Below, one piece after another: positions 1 to 12,152 of a stretch of DNA of 64,000 nt. The translations under genes were made by a program, and so were the position numbers. Below the pieces are notes generated by a model. It was not told where the DNA came from, searched no databases, and was given only the letters and a program-made list of their open reading frames with translations. Origin of the DNA: Mobula hypostoma (lineage: Eukaryota); assembly GCF_963921235.1 (NCBI RefSeq), contig NC_086097.1:213468001-213532000 (forward strand), given 5' to 3'. The number at the start of each line of letters is the position of its first letter. The first letter of the stretch is position 1.

Positions 1-2832
1 CAAATACTGGTCTTAAGGTGTTGTACTTAAATGCACGCAGCATAAGGAATAAAGTGGATGATCTTGTGGTACAGCTACAGATTGGCAGGTATGATATTGT
101 GGCCATCACTGAGACCTGGCTAAAGGATGCATGTCTCTGGGAGCTGAACGTCCAAGGATACACAGTGTATCGGAAGGATAGGAAGGTAGGCGGAGGGGGA
201 GGCGTGGCTTTATTGATGAGAAATGATATTAAATCATTAGAAAGAGGTGATATAGGATCGGAAGGTGCAGAATCTTTATGGGTTGCTAAGAAATAGCAGG
301 AGTAAAAGGACCCTGATGGCAGTTACTTATAGGCCTCCAAACAGCTGCAGGGATGTGGACTACAAATTACAACTGAAAATAGAAAAGGCTTGTCAGAAGG
401 GCAGTGTTATGATAATTGTGGGGGATTTTAACATGCGAGTAGATTGGGAAAATCAGGTCAGCACTGAATCTCAAGAAAGAGAATTTGTAGAATGTCTGCG
501 AGATGGCTTTTTAGAACAGCTTGTTGTTGAGCCCACTAGGGGATCGGCTCTACTGGATCGGGTATTGTGTAATGAACCGGAGGTGATTAGAGAGATTGAG
601 GTGAAGGAACCCTTAGGAGGCAGTGATCATAACATGATTGAGTTCACTGTGAAATTAGAAAAAGAGAAGCCGAAATCTGATGTGTTGGGGAGTAAAGGAA
701 ATTACAGTAGCATGAGAGAGGAACTGGCCAAAGTTGACTGGAAAGGGACACTGGCGGCAAAGACGGCAGAGCAGCAGTGGCTGGAGTTTATGCGAGAAAT
801 GAGGAATGTGCAAGACAGGTACATTCCAAAAAAGAAGAAATTTTTGAGTGGAAAAAGGATGCAACCGTGGTTGACAAGAGAAGTCAAAGCCGAAGTTAAA
901 GCAAAGGAGAGGGCATACCAGGAAGCAAAAATTAGTGGGAAGACAGAGGATTGGGAAGTTTTTAAAACCTTACAAAAGGAAACCAAGAAGGTCATTAAGA
1001 GAGAAAAGATTAACTATGAAAGGAAGCTAGCAAATAATATCCAAGAGGATACTAAAAGCTTTTTCAAGTATATAAAGAGTAAAAGACAGGTGAGAGTAGA
1101 TATAGGACCGATAGAAAATGATGCTGGAGAAATTGTAATGGGAGATAAGGAGATGGCAGAGGAACTGAAGGAGTATTTTGCATCAGTCTTCACTGAGGAA
1201 GACATCAGCAGTATACCGGACACTCAAGAGTGGCAGGGAAGAGAAGTGTGCGCAGTCACAATTATGAAAGAGGAAGTACTCAGGAAGCTGAATAGGCTAA
1301 AGGTAGATAAATCTCCTGGACCAGATGGAATGCACCTTCGTGTACTGAAGGAAGTAGCTGTGGAGATTGCGGAGGCATTAGCGATGATCTTTCAAAAGTC
1401 GATAGAATCAGGCATGGTTCCGGAAGACTGGAAGATTGCAAATGTCACTCCGCTATTTAAGAAGGGGGCAAGGAAGCAAAAAGGAAATTATAGACCTGTT
1501 AGCTTGACATGGGTGGTTGGGAAGTTGTTGGAGTCGATTGTCAAGGATGAGGTTACAGAGTACCTGGTGGCATATGACAAGATAGGCAGAACTCAGCGTG
1601 GATTCCTTAAAGGAAAATCCTGCCTGACAAACCTATTACAATTTTTTGAGGAAATTACCAGTAGGCTAGACAAGGGAGATGCAGTGGATGTTGTATATTT
1701 GGATTTTCAGAGGGCCTTTGACAAGGTGCCACACATGAGGCTACTTAACAAGATAAGAGCCCATGGAATTATGGGAAAGTTACATACGTGGATAGAGCGT
1801 TGGCTGATTGGCAGGAAACAGAGAGTGGGAATAAAGGGATCCTATTCTGGTTGGCTGCCGGTTACCAGTGGTGTTCCACGGGGATCAGTGTTGGGGCCGC
1901 TCCTTTTTACATTGTACATCAACGATTTGGATTATGGAATAGATGGCTTTGTGGCTAAGTTTGCTGACAATACGAAGATAGGTGGAGGGGCCGGTAGTGA
2001 TGAGGAAACGGAGAGTCTGCAGAGAGACTTGGATAGATTGGAAGAATGGGCAGAGAAGTGGCAAATGAAGTACAAATTTGGAAAGTGTATGATTATGCAC
2101 TTTGGCAGAAAAAATAAACGGGCAGACTATTATTTAAATGGGGAAAGTATTCAAAGTTCTGAGATGCAACGGGACTTGGTAGTCCTCGTACAGGATACCT
2201 TTAAAGTTAACCTCCAGGTTGAGTCAGTAGTGAAGAAGGCGAATGCAATGTTGGCATTCATTTCTAGAGGAATAGAGTATAGGAGCAGGGATGTGATGTT
2301 GAGGCTCTATAAGGCACTGGTGAGACCTCACTTGGAGTACTGTGGGCAGTTTTGGTCTCCTTATTTAAGAAAGAATGTGCTGACATTGGAGAGGGTACAG
2401 AGAAGATTCACTAGAACATATGAGGAACGTTTGTCTGCTCTTGGACTGTATTCCTTGGAGTTTAGAAGAATGAGGGGAGACCTCATAGAAACATTTCGAA
2501 TGTTAAAAGTTGTTTCCCATGATGGGGGAGTCTAGTACGAGAGGGCATGACTTAAAGATTGAAGGGCGCCCATTCAGAACAGAAATGCGAAGAAATTTTT
2601 TTAGTCAGAGGGTGGTGAATCTATGGAATTTGTTGCCACGGGCAGCAGTGGAGGCCAAGTCATTGGGTGTATTTAAGGCAGAGATTGATAGGTATCTGAA
2701 TAGCCAGAGCATCAAAGGTTATGGTGAGAAGGCAAGGGAGTGGGACTAAATAGTAGAATGGATCAGCTCATGATAAAATGGCAGAGCAGACTTGATGGGC
2801 CGAATGGCCTACTTCTGCTCCTTTGTCTTATG
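1..2832 (+). mobile_element. CR1 LINE, near-complete ORF2 (APE endonuclease + reverse transcriptase) and 3' UTR; defective
   Basis: YLNARS, ITETWL, GDFN, SDHN, YLDFQRAFDKV, GVPRGSVLGP, FADNTK motifs; frameshift near 285; CR1 tail gatgggccgaatggcctacttctgctcct. Confidence 0.93.
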
Positions 2833-2838
2833 GCACGC

Positions 2839-2844
2839 TTTCTT

Positions 2845-2878
<34 letters not shown>

Positions 2879-3011
2879 TCTCTCGCTCTCTCTCTCTCGC
2901 TCTCGCTTGCTCTCTTTCTCACTCTCACTTGCTTTCTCTCTCACTGTCTCGCGCGTACTCGCTCTCTCGTGGTCGCTCTCGCGCTCTATCTTGTTTTCTC
3001 TTGCTCGCTCG
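2839..3011. repeat. Imperfect (CT)n/(CTCG)n microsatellite
   Basis: Directly visible; explains the low-complexity ORFs here. Confidence 0.95.
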
Positions 3012-3120
3012 CTGTCAAAAAAATTGATTTCCAGGATATTGTATATAATTTGCGGGCATCGGGGAGTCACTATTAATATGCGGGAGACTCCCAGAACTTT
3101 CGGGAGAGGTGGGATGTCTG
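3012..3120. mobile_element. One end of a probable non-autonomous DNA transposon (hAT-like)
   Basis: Repeated cgggag motifs ending ...ggtgggatgtctg; partner end not found. Confidence 0.4.
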
Positions 3121-4565
3121 TGAATCCAGGACAGATCCTCTGAAATGATGCAAAGGAATTTAAAGTTACTGATCTTCTCCACCTCTGATACCCTGATGAG
3201 GACTGGCTCATGGACCTCCTGTTTATTCCATCTGTTGTCAATACTTAGCTCTTTGGTTTTGTTGATATTGAGTCAGAATTTTTTGTTATGACACCATTCA
3301 GCCAGATTTTTAATCTGACTCCTATATGCTGATTCATCACCACCTTTGATTTGGCCAATGACAGTGGTGTCATCGCAAACTTAAAGATGAGATTGCAGCT
3401 GTGCTTTGCCTCTCAGTCATTAGTATGAAGTGAGTAGAACAAGGGTCTAAGCATACAGCCTTGTAGTGTACCTGTGCTGATGGTAATTGTGGCAGAAATG
3501 TCAATCCAAACTGACTGGGGTCTGCATGTGAGGAAATCGAGGATCCAGTTGCACAAGGTGGTATTGAGGCCTAGGTCTTGGAGTTTATTGATTAGTTTTG
3601 AGGGGATGATAGTCTTGACTGCTGAGCAGCAGTCAATGAAGCATATCCTGAGGTGTGCATTTTCACTGTCCAGATGTTCCAGTGAAGTGGCATCTGCTGT
3701 CGACCTGTTGTGACAGTTGGCAAATTGAAGTGGATCCAAGCGACTCCTCAGGCAGGAATTGATATGTCTCATCACTGATCTCTCTAACCACTTCTTCACA
3801 GTGATTGTCAGTGCAACTGGACTATAGTCATTGAGGCAGGTTACCATGTTTTTCTGGGGCACAGGTGTAATTGAAGCTTGCTTGAAGCAGGTAGGTACCA
3901 CAGATCATCAAAGCAAGAGGTTAAAGATATCAGTGAACACTCCAGCCAGTTGATTTGCGCATGTCTTCAGTATTCGGCCGTGTATCTGGTCTGGGGCAGA
4001 TGATTTCCGTGGGTTCATCCTCCTGAGGATGCTTTCACAGGGCCTCCGAGACTTAAAATGCAGGGTTGTTGGGGGTGGAGGGGGGCTGTGGGAGTTTGTG
4101 GGTTGCCTCCATGTTTTGTCGGTGAAAGTGAGCATAAAAGGCTTTGAACTCATCTGGGAGTGAAAACTTGTTGTCTCATGTCACTTGGTTTTACTTTGTA
4201 GGAGGTGGTAGCACCCAAGCCCTGCTACAATTATTGAGCATCCTTCTGTGATTCCAGTTTGGTTCAGAATTCCCACTTCCCACATGAGATGGCTTTCCGA
4301 AGGTCATACCTGGACCTCCTGTATTTTGCTTGGTCACCAAACCTGAATGCCACTGATCTGGCCCTCAGCAGATTGCAGATCTCTTAGTTCATTCAGGGCT
4401 TCCAGTTGGGGAAGATTCCGTTTGATTTTGTGAGGACACACTCATCACTGACAGCCTTTATAAAGTCTGTGACAACTGTGGTATATTCGTTCAGATACTC
4501 TGAGTCTTTAACCATGGCCCAGTCCACTGATTGAGAGCAGTCCTTTACTTCTGGAGCCTTCCTCT
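3121..4565 (-). mobile_element. Rex1/Babar non-LTR retrotransposon, decayed RT fragment
   Basis: ORFs [13 protein letters not shown]...[10 protein letters not shown]...LDPLQFA...NWILDFLT and [15 protein letters not shown]. Confidence 0.85.
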
Positions 4566-4574
4566 TTGGCATCA

Positions 4575-5160
4575 GCAAAGTGCTTCAGCACTGCACTCCT
4601 GCTTTTTATTTTAGTACTCACAATGAATGCTAAAATTGCATTTGCCTTCCTCACTACTGACTCAAGCTGCAAGTTGATCTTTAGGGAATTTTGCTCTCAC
4701 TCAAGTCCCTTTGGAACTCTGATTTCTGAATTCTTAGAAAATGGTCTATGTCTTTATTCCTTCTACCAAAAAAAAATCATGGCGATGTGCTCCCTTACAC
4801 TCTATTCTATCTGTCACTTTGTTAATTCTCCCTATCTGCCCAAGTCCCACAGACCCTTGCTTCCTTAACGCTACTAGCACCTCCACCTATTCTTTAATCA
4901 TCTGCAGACTTGGCTGCAAAGTAATTTCTATCATCCAGATCATGAATGTATAACGTGAAAAGTAGTGGACCCAATGTTGACCTCTGGGGAAACATCACTA
5001 GTCACCAACAGCCAACTCAAAAAGGTCCTCTTATTCTCACTTTGTCTTCTACCAGTCAGCCAATCCTCTATCCATACTAGTATCTTTCCTGTAATACTAC
5101 AAGCTCCTTTCTTGTTTAGCAGCCTCATGCTGGCATCTTGTCGAAGGCCTTCTGAAAACT
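4575..5160 (-). mobile_element. CR1 RT fragment
   Basis: MRLLNK...WIEDWLTGRRQ similarity to the CR1 at 1-2832. Confidence 0.8.
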
Positions 5161-5177
5161 TTAGAAATGTTCCCAAA

Positions 5178-5356
5178 CAAAATGCTGGGCTGAGTCTCTT
5201 CATCAGTACTGGTGAAGGGACTCAGTCCTGATGTAGGGTCTTGGCCAGAAACGTTGACTGTACTCTTTTCTATAGATGCTGCCTGGCCTGCTGAGTTCCT
5301 CCAGCATTTTGTGTGTGTTGCTTGGATTTCCAGCATCTGCAGATTTTCTCTTGTTT
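5178..5356 (+). mobile_element. Short PLE-derived insert with hammerhead-ribozyme motif (5223-5260) and 5' inverted segment
   Basis: Perfect 14-bp TSD gaaatgttcccaaa (5164-5177, 5357-5370); cagtc-CTGATGT-agggtcttggcca-GAAA-cgtt-gactg; tail shared with the GIY-YIG element at 51.5 kb. Confidence 0.82.
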
Positions 5357-6274
5357 GAAATGTTCCCAAAGCTGCTTTAACAAACTAAATATATCAACTC
5401 TGACCCATTTTGTATTCTCAGCTGCTGGAATTAACATTCAGGTTTGTATTTAATGTAATTTTATGTCAAGATTAACAAATATGTGAATTGTGAACTTGAC
5501 CTGAACTGGAACTGACCAGACCATGAATACTTACTTGCCTTTCTCTGCCGAACCAGACCTGGTTACAGAAAAGAGAAATCTGCACCATTGCTATTGATCA
5601 TGAATCAGGGTAATAAAAACTGAATTGTGCTGGAGTTGTTTCTTTCAGAATATACCCTTGACTTGAGCTGAATTGGCAACAGTCATATATATCCAGGTTG
5701 GGGTTGGGTTGGATAGTCAGGCTATTGTCTACTAAAATTTGAAATCAAGTTCATTTTTATTTATGAATTACCAATTTTATTTTGTTGGTTTTTATGGTCT
5801 TGTTGCATCCTCAAATGGGATAAGTTTTTCAATTTGTATGTGAATTAAGAACTTCAGTGTTTAAAGAAAGCCTGCTTAAATTGAAGTGGAAAAATTCCCC
5901 ACCTACTCAAAAGGTTTGGGGAAAACTAAGTCTTAATGCTAATTGGTCTTGTTTCAAAATGCATAAGATTGAAGATTACTGTAAAATTTTGCATACTCCT
6001 GTTTTTAAATGATGAGATATAATCTGAGTTTTCTTTTCAAATAATTAGCTCAGTTTGAAAAACACAAATTGATCCAATTCCATTGGATTTTAAGTAGTGC
6101 TTCATGCAGGGAAAAATAACCTGACAAACACGGGAGTTGCCACACAGGTAAACTAAATAACTTAATAGTATAATGCTATAACATGATTAAAAGTCTACAA
6201 TCTCTAATCAATTTCGTAAATATAGTAAAGGTTTTAGTTGTGCCGGTGCACAGGGCTGCTATGGGACTAGAATT

Positions 6275-6288
6275 GTTGCCGTGGTAAC
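6275..6288. promoter_or_regulatory. RFX X-box motif GTTGCC-GT-GGTAAC
   Basis: Exact fit to GTNRCC-N(0-3)-RGYAAC in non-repetitive intron sequence; function untested. Confidence 0.4.
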
Positions 6289-6392
6289 TGTTGAATAGTA
6301 TTATAAATATGTATTGCAGGCTTTGAAAATGCAATACATTTTGTAAAATCATTCAAAACTTTTGAATATGTTGTGAGAGGCATTGGAATATA

Positions 6393-6840
6393 CAGTACTG
6401 TGCAAAAGTCTTAGGTGCATATATAGCTAGGCTGCTTAAGACTTTTGCACAGTACTGTGGCAATTTTATATACTGCACTATACAGCTGCAACAAAAAAAA
6501 CACATTTCATGACATGAGTGATAAACCTGATTCTGATATGGGTCTCTATTGTGCACTGAGAAGGAAGGGGGTGCAAGGAGAAGGGAAATCATAGTTGGGA
6601 AAAGGGGAAATGAGAGGGGAAGGACTGGGAAGTACCAGAGAGACATTCTGTAATGATCAATAAACCAATTGTTTGTAATCAAATGCCCCTGCCTGGTGTT
6701 TCAGGGCTGGCTGTGTCTGCACCCATGCCATGCCCTGCTCCTGACACTTTTCTGCCACCTGTCCCACACCCATCCCAGGGTGCTCCACCTTCGCCATTCC
6801 TTACCCCTTTGCTTCTGCCTAAGACTTTTGCATAGTACTG
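6393..6840. mobile_element. Tc1/mariner-type MITE with three TIR copies
   Basis: TA|cagtactgtgcaaaagtcttagg ... cctaagacttttgcatagtactg|TA; extra inverted TIR ending at 6457. Confidence 0.85.
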
Positions 6841-6887
6841 TAGTTGCTAACATATTCAAGCAAAAAAGCAGAATAAAGTTATTCTCT

Positions 6888-7004
6888 AACACAAGAAACT
6901 CTGCAGATGCTGGAAATCCAGCGTAACACAAAATAAATGCTGTAGGAACTCCACAGTACCAATGGAAACAAAAACAGCTGATGTTTTGGGTCAAAATCCT
7001 TCAT
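6888..7004 (-). mobile_element. Short PLE-derived insert, degenerate hammerhead end
   Basis: Same tail family; TSD-like ttattctct/ttatcctct (6879-6887, 7005-7013). Confidence 0.65.
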
Positions 7005-7249
7005 TTATCCTCTCCAGCTTTACTGTCTTGTTTATAACCTTACCATGCAAGCTGTGCTCATTTAGACATTGAACTTTAATTATTACAGGTTATCAATTAC
7101 AGATCAGTTTTTAACATCTGTTCTTTGCCAATGACTTAATTAAAATGTAATTTTGATTACATTGATCAAACAGGTTTTCCCAATTTCTAGCAGGTGCAAC
7201 CCAATGTTATATCACCTCACTCACCTGGATCCATCCACTTATCACCTGT

Positions 7250-7390
7250 GTGGGGTCCTGAGGAAGTGTCTTAGCCCGAAGCATCGACTTTATTTGTTTA
7301 CATACATGCAGCCAAATCTGCCGAGTCCTTCAGCATTTTGTGTGTGTTGTTTTGGATTTCGTGCATCTGCAGACTTTCTTGTGTCTACTG
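7250..7390 (+). mobile_element. Short PLE-derived hammerhead insert nested in an older PLE terminal repeat (~7200-7560)
   Basis: 12-bp TSD cttatcacctgt (7238-7249, 7391-7402); gggtc-CTGAGGA-agtgtcttagccc-GAAG-catc-gactt. Confidence 0.75.
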
Positions 7391-9997
7391 CTTATCACCT
7401 GTCAGCTTTTGCTCTACCTCTTCTTCCCCTGCCACTTTCTCCCTTTCTTTCTAGTCATGAAGTGTCTTGCCTTGAAAAGACAACTGTTATTTCCCTCCAT
7501 AGATCCTGCCTGACCTTCTGACTTCCTCCATATTTTAAGTATCTGCAGTCTTTTGTGTCTTATCATTTTAATTATATTTTGAGGAAAGTTAGGCCTCCTA
7601 TTGCTGGACTGTTATTCCAATGTTCTTTTTATCCAGCAAAGGATTAAACTGAATTACTTAAATTTCTAGATTCCTCTATTGCTTGAAATAATTCTGTTTT
7701 TGGAGATGTGGATCACTTTAGCAATATTCATTTTCATTATTTAGCTATGTCTAGTTTGAGGGGGTATTATTGAGCCTTTCCCTTAAGTTGCAGACTTGCT
7801 TCCACGGGGTTGGTAAGTGAGAACTGCAAGATTTATCAATAATGGTGCAATTGATGTGCCACTTTTGAACCCTAATTCTGAGTGGGTGAATGGAAAAGGG
7901 GCTTGTTTTACTGTTTTGTGTTGATTGTGTTGCTGAGCATGATAAGCATACTATGTTGGTGCTGGAATGTGTGGTAACACTTGCGCATTGCCCCCACATC
8001 TTAGGTTATGTTGGTTAATGCAAATGATGCATTTCACTGTATGTTTCGATGTACATGTGATAAGTGAATTTGAATAGGAATCTAAAATTAGTGAATTTTT
8101 CCTTTTCTGCAGTAGTGATGATTTTTTTTCAATCCTTCCCTTCCCACCACCTCTTAGACTCTTCCTTGCCACACCTATTCCACCATTTGTGGGTGCACCC
8201 TTTCTGTATGGTTGCAGTGGTCCAATCACACCAACATTCAGTATTTTGGAGTCTGGTGTTGTGCTTTAGATGGTGAACACTGCACTGTGGGCCTGAGGAA
8301 GTTGGTACAGTTGTGTATCGTGTCTTGTGGCAATCACACAGTGTACCTCCAATTTGATGACCTTAGTGTTGTACAGCAACAGGAACTGTAATTCTCCCTG
8401 TATTTATTTAACGTTACATCCATGACTGAACTAAAGCTTTGTGTATTCAAAGGTACAGTTGAGATGAAGGGTGAAAATACGGGTACTTAATTCTTTGCTG
8501 TTTCTCAGACTTTTTTTTGGTTCTAGAATTGTATGGTTCTGGCAGATTTCAAAGCAAGTGTAAGTAAATATATATTAGATACCACAGTAGCTAATTTTAT
8601 CCATCACTTCAAGGATTTTGAGAGAGCATCAGTAAATTAATTAATCAGAAATTTTGCGTACAAATTCCCTTCCAGTGCCTTACCTTGAGTGGATTGGGTC
8701 TTATTTCCACTCTGAGCTTTGCAATCAGAGGCAGAACATCTCCGGCTGTCATTTCTTCACTTGCTCCTGCATAATTAATGTATTACAACATCCAGCTGAG
8801 GAACTGCACTATCTCCCTTGATTCCAGCACTTTCACTATGGATCAGGGTTCCGTCAGTGCTCTCTAACTCATTCTGCTGCTTTACAACTTCCCTTAATGC
8901 CCTCCTACCATTAGTTAACATTCAGATCATTTGCCCTGCAATTATGTGTGTTATGACACTGAAGCATGGATAAGGTTGTGCATGAATGGAAGCTTTTGCA
9001 AATATGAGAGCTGTTTAGTTGGAAAGGGAGCAGCAGTCCTGGTGCATAGGATGTTGACGGGATCTTTAGTCTTCCCTGACTACAGCTGTTTCCATGTCTG
9101 TGAGTCAAGTTGGCTGGTGCTAAGATGCAGCTGAGTATATTTGGGCATCCATGGTGTATCAGACGTCTGATCTGGTGGGGAGGCACCAGTTGTACAGAGG
9201 GAGAAGCTAAGAATTGTTAACAAAGTTCATTCATGTGTTAGTAATACATGGGAAAGAGCATGCTAAAATTGTGAACATGTGGGAAATTTGATTTGATTTT
9301 TCTTATGAAATATTTATATTGTTACTGCTGTATTGTTTCCTCACACAGTAAATTGGTAAATTGGCTTATTATTTTCACATATACAAAGGTACATGGGTAA
9401 AGCTGTTTTGCATGACATCCATATAAATCTTTCATTACAACAATGCATTGAGGTACTACAGTGTTACACTTGCAGAGAAAGAGCAGTGCAGGCAGACAAT
9501 GAAGACCAAGGCAATGAGGTAGATTGGAAAGTTGAGTCCGTCTTATCATACTTGATTACCATTCCTTATTTTTTAACAGCTGGATTAGAAGCTGTCCTTG
9601 AGCTTGGTGGTATCTTATTTTAGATTTTTTCATTATAAGTAGTGAAGTGTTGTGGAGGAGAGAGGCTGAGAAGTGATGCACTGAGCTGTGTCCATATCTT
9701 TGCAATTTCTTGCATTACAGGAAGTGCAGCTGCCATACTGAGCCATGTTGCATCCCGATAGGATGCACCCTATGCTGTATCCAAAAGAATTGGTGAAGGT
9801 CAAAGGGAATATGCCAAATTTCAGCTTGAGGAAGTCAAATGCTAAAAATGTACCTTTTGAGTGTTGATAATGATGTGGGAAACACTTAAGTCATTTAATA
9901 GTTCAGTTTGTTCCTTGAAGTGTTGTTCTGTTTTGGAAAGTTCTTTAAGAAAATGATGCCTTTATATTGAACATATGTGCCTTTATACATGTACCTT

Positions 9998-10140
9998 CAG
10001 ACATGGCATCAAAGGTTATGGGGAGAAGGCCAGGGAGTGGGGCTGAGGATGGGGAAAAAAGATCAGCCATGATTGAATGGTGGAATAGACTCGATGGGAC
10101 AAATGGCATAACTCTGCTCCTATGTCTTATGGTCTTATGG
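9998..10140 (+). mobile_element. CR1 3' tail fragment
   Basis: ggcatcaaaggttatggggagaaggc...ctgctcctatgtcttatggtcttatgg. Confidence 0.8.
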
Positions 10141-10789
10141 AAATATTTCTGAAGAATGATAGAAGAGCATTGATATACCAAATATTCTTCAATTGCTTGT
10201 GCAGTAACTGGATGGGATTTGGGAGGCACAGAAACATTCTCAACTAAGTCGTACTGTGGCACTGTTGCAATCTTAGTTAATGCTGGACAACGTTTGGGAG
10301 AGGAATTCAAAGTTAAAGTTTATATCAACTATTAGTCTTGACTTAAAGAAAAAGTGCTAATTTCAGAAAGCGTCCTAGCAGGGTGTGATTACAAAATACA
10401 TTATCTAACTTTTCAAGGTTTGTAATATGGATGAAAGCAATCTGTTTGTGCATTTTATTTTGAATAGTAACAAACTCTGATCCCATTTGACTTGCGTTAC
10501 AAAGCTGACACTCCACTGAAAATATGCATAATTTGTAATGCAAGACCACCTATAGTGACACTCTTTGCTAATTATCTATTATATCTCTTTTTAAAAGTAG
10601 TTTAAAACTTGCTTCCTCCTATTTGGTCAGTGCAGCCTTGAAACTCTAAATCGAGTGTGGGTTGGAAAGAATGATCACCTTGCTTATAGAATACAAGGTT
10701 TTGGCAAGGGATCAAACAGTTGGCCATTCTTTTTGATTTAAGCAAATTTTGGGAAACGTGTAATGTCTTTAAACACCTTTCGCACTGAT

Positions 10790-11030
10790 TTGTTAAAAGA
10801 AACCGCAAAATGCTGCTGCGCAGGTGTTGCAAATGTTGATGGCTAATTGAGGGAAGCAGATGGCTTTAGTCAGTGGCATCAAGCCAAAAGAGCAGGTGCT
10901 GGTCATGTGACTGCTGGTTACCAGGGTAATCTTATTGCTCTTGGCGTGCAGATGAAAGGAAAGGGGCCCCAGTGTTCAGCTGTAGTATTGTATAATTTGT
11001 GGCCGTTAGAGCGGAAATAAATGCTGGAAA
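10790..11030. promoter_or_regulatory. Candidate intronic enhancer (E-box cluster plus X-box-like and ETS-like sites)
   Basis: Seven CANNTG in 162 bp (10821-10982) in non-repeat sequence. Confidence 0.5.
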
Positions 11031-12152
11031 TGGAGTCTCATGGCAAGAGAAGCTGATGGCACTGTTTAGTAAATACTCAAATAATTGGTGTGGAAATAGG
11101 GCTGAAAATTAAGTGAAATGGATTTTTTTCAGCTTGGTGTATGGTTTAGCATGCCTTTTTATATCTTTTGGTCATTACAACTCGACTACATATTAATAAG
11201 ATGAATTTGAGTTCTTTGAACGTGGGCATTGTTCCCAGCAGTTAATTATTTTATAAACACTTTGTCTAAGAGGATTCAGACTATTCTAGGGCAGTTGTAT
11301 AGACTGGTGGATCCCAGTTTGCACACTAGCTATGTTTAACAATTAGTACTATTTTTCTATTGACAACGTTAGGTGGTTAACAATGAAGCATGATTAATCA
11401 GTTTTTGGGATTCCACTTAAAGTTAACTTCGTCTGTGTGCTAGGGCATACCTGGAAGCTGCATTTACAGTTTATACAATATGCAGCTGCCAGGATATAGA
11501 CAATAAAATGTTCATATCTGGAATTGCACATTTGCTTGCTTCATTTGTGATTATATCCAATTACAATGGCTGAATTGGGTAATATGGCCTGCACATAATA
11601 ACTTAGCCTGCCATATAGACTAGTTTGCTTTCGGTTTCATGGTACTTCTCTAAATCATTTGAGCAGAAGAATCAATCTGTTCGCACGGACCAATGAACCC
11701 AAAATTTGTTGGCTGTTATTTGTGGCTTGAATAGTAAGGCTGCAACCTATTGAACGACTCCAGGGATATGGGGTTTGTGCAAGAAAGTGATGCTAAAGTT
11801 CAAATATCTGCCTTGAGTTTGAGTGGTAGTGCAGGGACAAAAGGCCAATTGACTTACTTTTGTTTTTAGTTTAACAATTCATTATGTTCATAACTTGCCC
11901 TTAATTGATCTGTTTTGGAAAATATTTTCCGGGCAAGTTTCAACTGACTTAAATTCACATGAAGACTTAATCTTTCATCTTAAGCTTAATTATGTTCCAG
12001 TGGTTTTAACTGAATCAATTTCATAGAGTTTGACAGTGGAATTATAGAAATAGAACAGTACAGCATGGGAACAGGCCCTTCGGCCCACAATGTTGTGCTA
12101 AGCTGAATAAATTAATCAAATGGCTAACTGAACTCATCTTGACTGCCTGCAC

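Noticed and set aside
2740..3241. Overlapping ORFs rich in LS/RE repeats
   Set aside because: Translations of the (CT)n microsatellite.
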